This document shows positions 31,424 through 32,000 of a stretch of 32,000 nt of DNA, piece by piece. This DNA comes from Moraxella nasicaprae (GTDB lineage Bacteria > Pseudomonadota > Gammaproteobacteria > Pseudomonadales > Moraxellaceae), in NCBI RefSeq assembly GCF_025643275.1, contig NZ_CP089977.1, positions 390,001 to 422,000 on the forward strand, written 5' to 3'. The position numbers and the translations under genes are program-made. Within the stretch, counting starts at the first letter, position 1, and every line of letters starts with the position of its first letter. The notes beneath the pieces are model-generated. The model worked only from the letters and a program-made list of their open reading frames with translations, was not told where the DNA came from and searched no databases.

Positions 31424-32000
31424 TTATTCAACCTTATGAATAAATGCACCATCTGAATTGACACGAGAGTCATTAGCAACTTTTGAACGCAGCGCTTTGG
31501 CAGCGTCAGCACTTTTTGCTCCGCCAATCAATACCCTAGTACCACGACTGGTGTTGCTAGTATTGACCGTGTAGCCAGCTGCACGATATTGCTTGACTAA
31601 TTTATCCACTTTGGCACGGTCAGGCGTGATGGCAACTTGCACTGTATAACGACCCGCCAAGTGTGGATTTTGATCCTTGCCAGACTTATTGGCTCTGACA
31701 TCTGATTTGATGTTTTGTTTTTTATCATCTGACTTTTTATCAGATTTTTTCTCTTCACCTTTTTTGGTTTCTACTTTTTTACTTTCAGCTTTTTTCGTTT
31801 CAGTTTTTTTTGCTTCTGCTTTTTTGGCATTTTGCTCTTGCTTGGTTTGATTTTTTGCCCAAGCTGCTTTATTGTCTTTTGTGCGAGATGCCTGTGAGCC
31901 AGATGGGATTTTGAGCGTCTGACCTTCACGAATGATGTCGCCTGTACTCATACCATTTGCCTGTGTCAAAGCCGCCACAGAAACGCCGTGTCGATTGGCA
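31424..32000 (-). CDS. LysM - Lys-rich linker - SPOR domain protein, C-terminal part (gene continues beyond the right edge)
   Basis: The frame is open to nt 32000 (..ANRHGVSVAALTQANGMSTGDIIREGQTLKIP, the end of a LysM domain). A KKxExKK repeat linker follows, then a C-terminal YTVQVAITPDRAKVDKLVKQYRAAGYTVNT...RVLIGGAKSADAAKALRSKV SPOR-like domain. Confidence 0.75.
   Translation of the reverse strand, partial: ANRHGVSVAALTQANGMSTGDIIREGQTLKIPSGSQASRTKDNKAAWAKNQTKQEQNAKKAEAKKTETKKAESKKVETKKGEEKKSDKKSDDKKQNIKSDVRANKSGKDQNPHLAGRYTVQVAITPDRAKVDKLVKQYRAAGYTVNTSNTSRGTRVLIGGAKSADAAKALRSKVANDSRVNSDGAFIHKVE

Noticed and set aside
1-32000. Scan for CRISPR arrays, tRNA/rRNA genes, IS elements, integrases and long direct or inverted repeats
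   Set aside because: None were found by eye. The only exact repeats noticed are the 35-bp terminator pair, the 16-bp tandem duplication and the shared operator cassette, all reported above.

Overview
This is a gene-dense, mostly housekeeping 32-kb chromosomal window. Gene content (rplM-rpsI followed directly by cytochrome bc1 petABC, a thiM-thiD-thiE salvage operon, PBP4, frameshifted RF2) and the A/T-leaning composition suggest a Moraxellaceae-like gammaproteobacterium. That taxonomic guess is inference only. Genes at 1-19851 are all on the minus strand, 20138-29332 on the plus strand, and 29386-32000 on the minus strand again. I found no rRNA, tRNA, CRISPR array, transposase or integrase. 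Supported non-coding features are a TPP riboswitch with a downstream terminator ahead of thiM, the programmed +1 frameshift site of prfB, about fifteen rho-independent terminator hairpins and several sigma70-like promoters. The region that known families do not explain is an AT-rich ~1.6-kb island (about 7227-8760, minus strand) between the thiolase gene and cstA. It holds a near-consensus promoter overlapping a perfect 16-bp tandem duplication, a leader hairpin and a 27-codon signal-peptide-like ORF with a strong RBS. These are followed by ~320 nt of ambiguous short ORFs and three consecutive ~100-aa three-TM proteins, each with its own strong RBS. Three other points stand out. Identical 35-bp terminator copies bracket the ybdD-like/cstA module. 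An MHS-type MFS transporter is coupled by ATGA overlaps to thiM-thiD-thiE behind the riboswitch. An ArsR-type regulator gene and an Old-Yellow-Enzyme gene carry near-identical promoter-operator cassettes. All family calls come from motifs read by eye in the translations; no database search was run.
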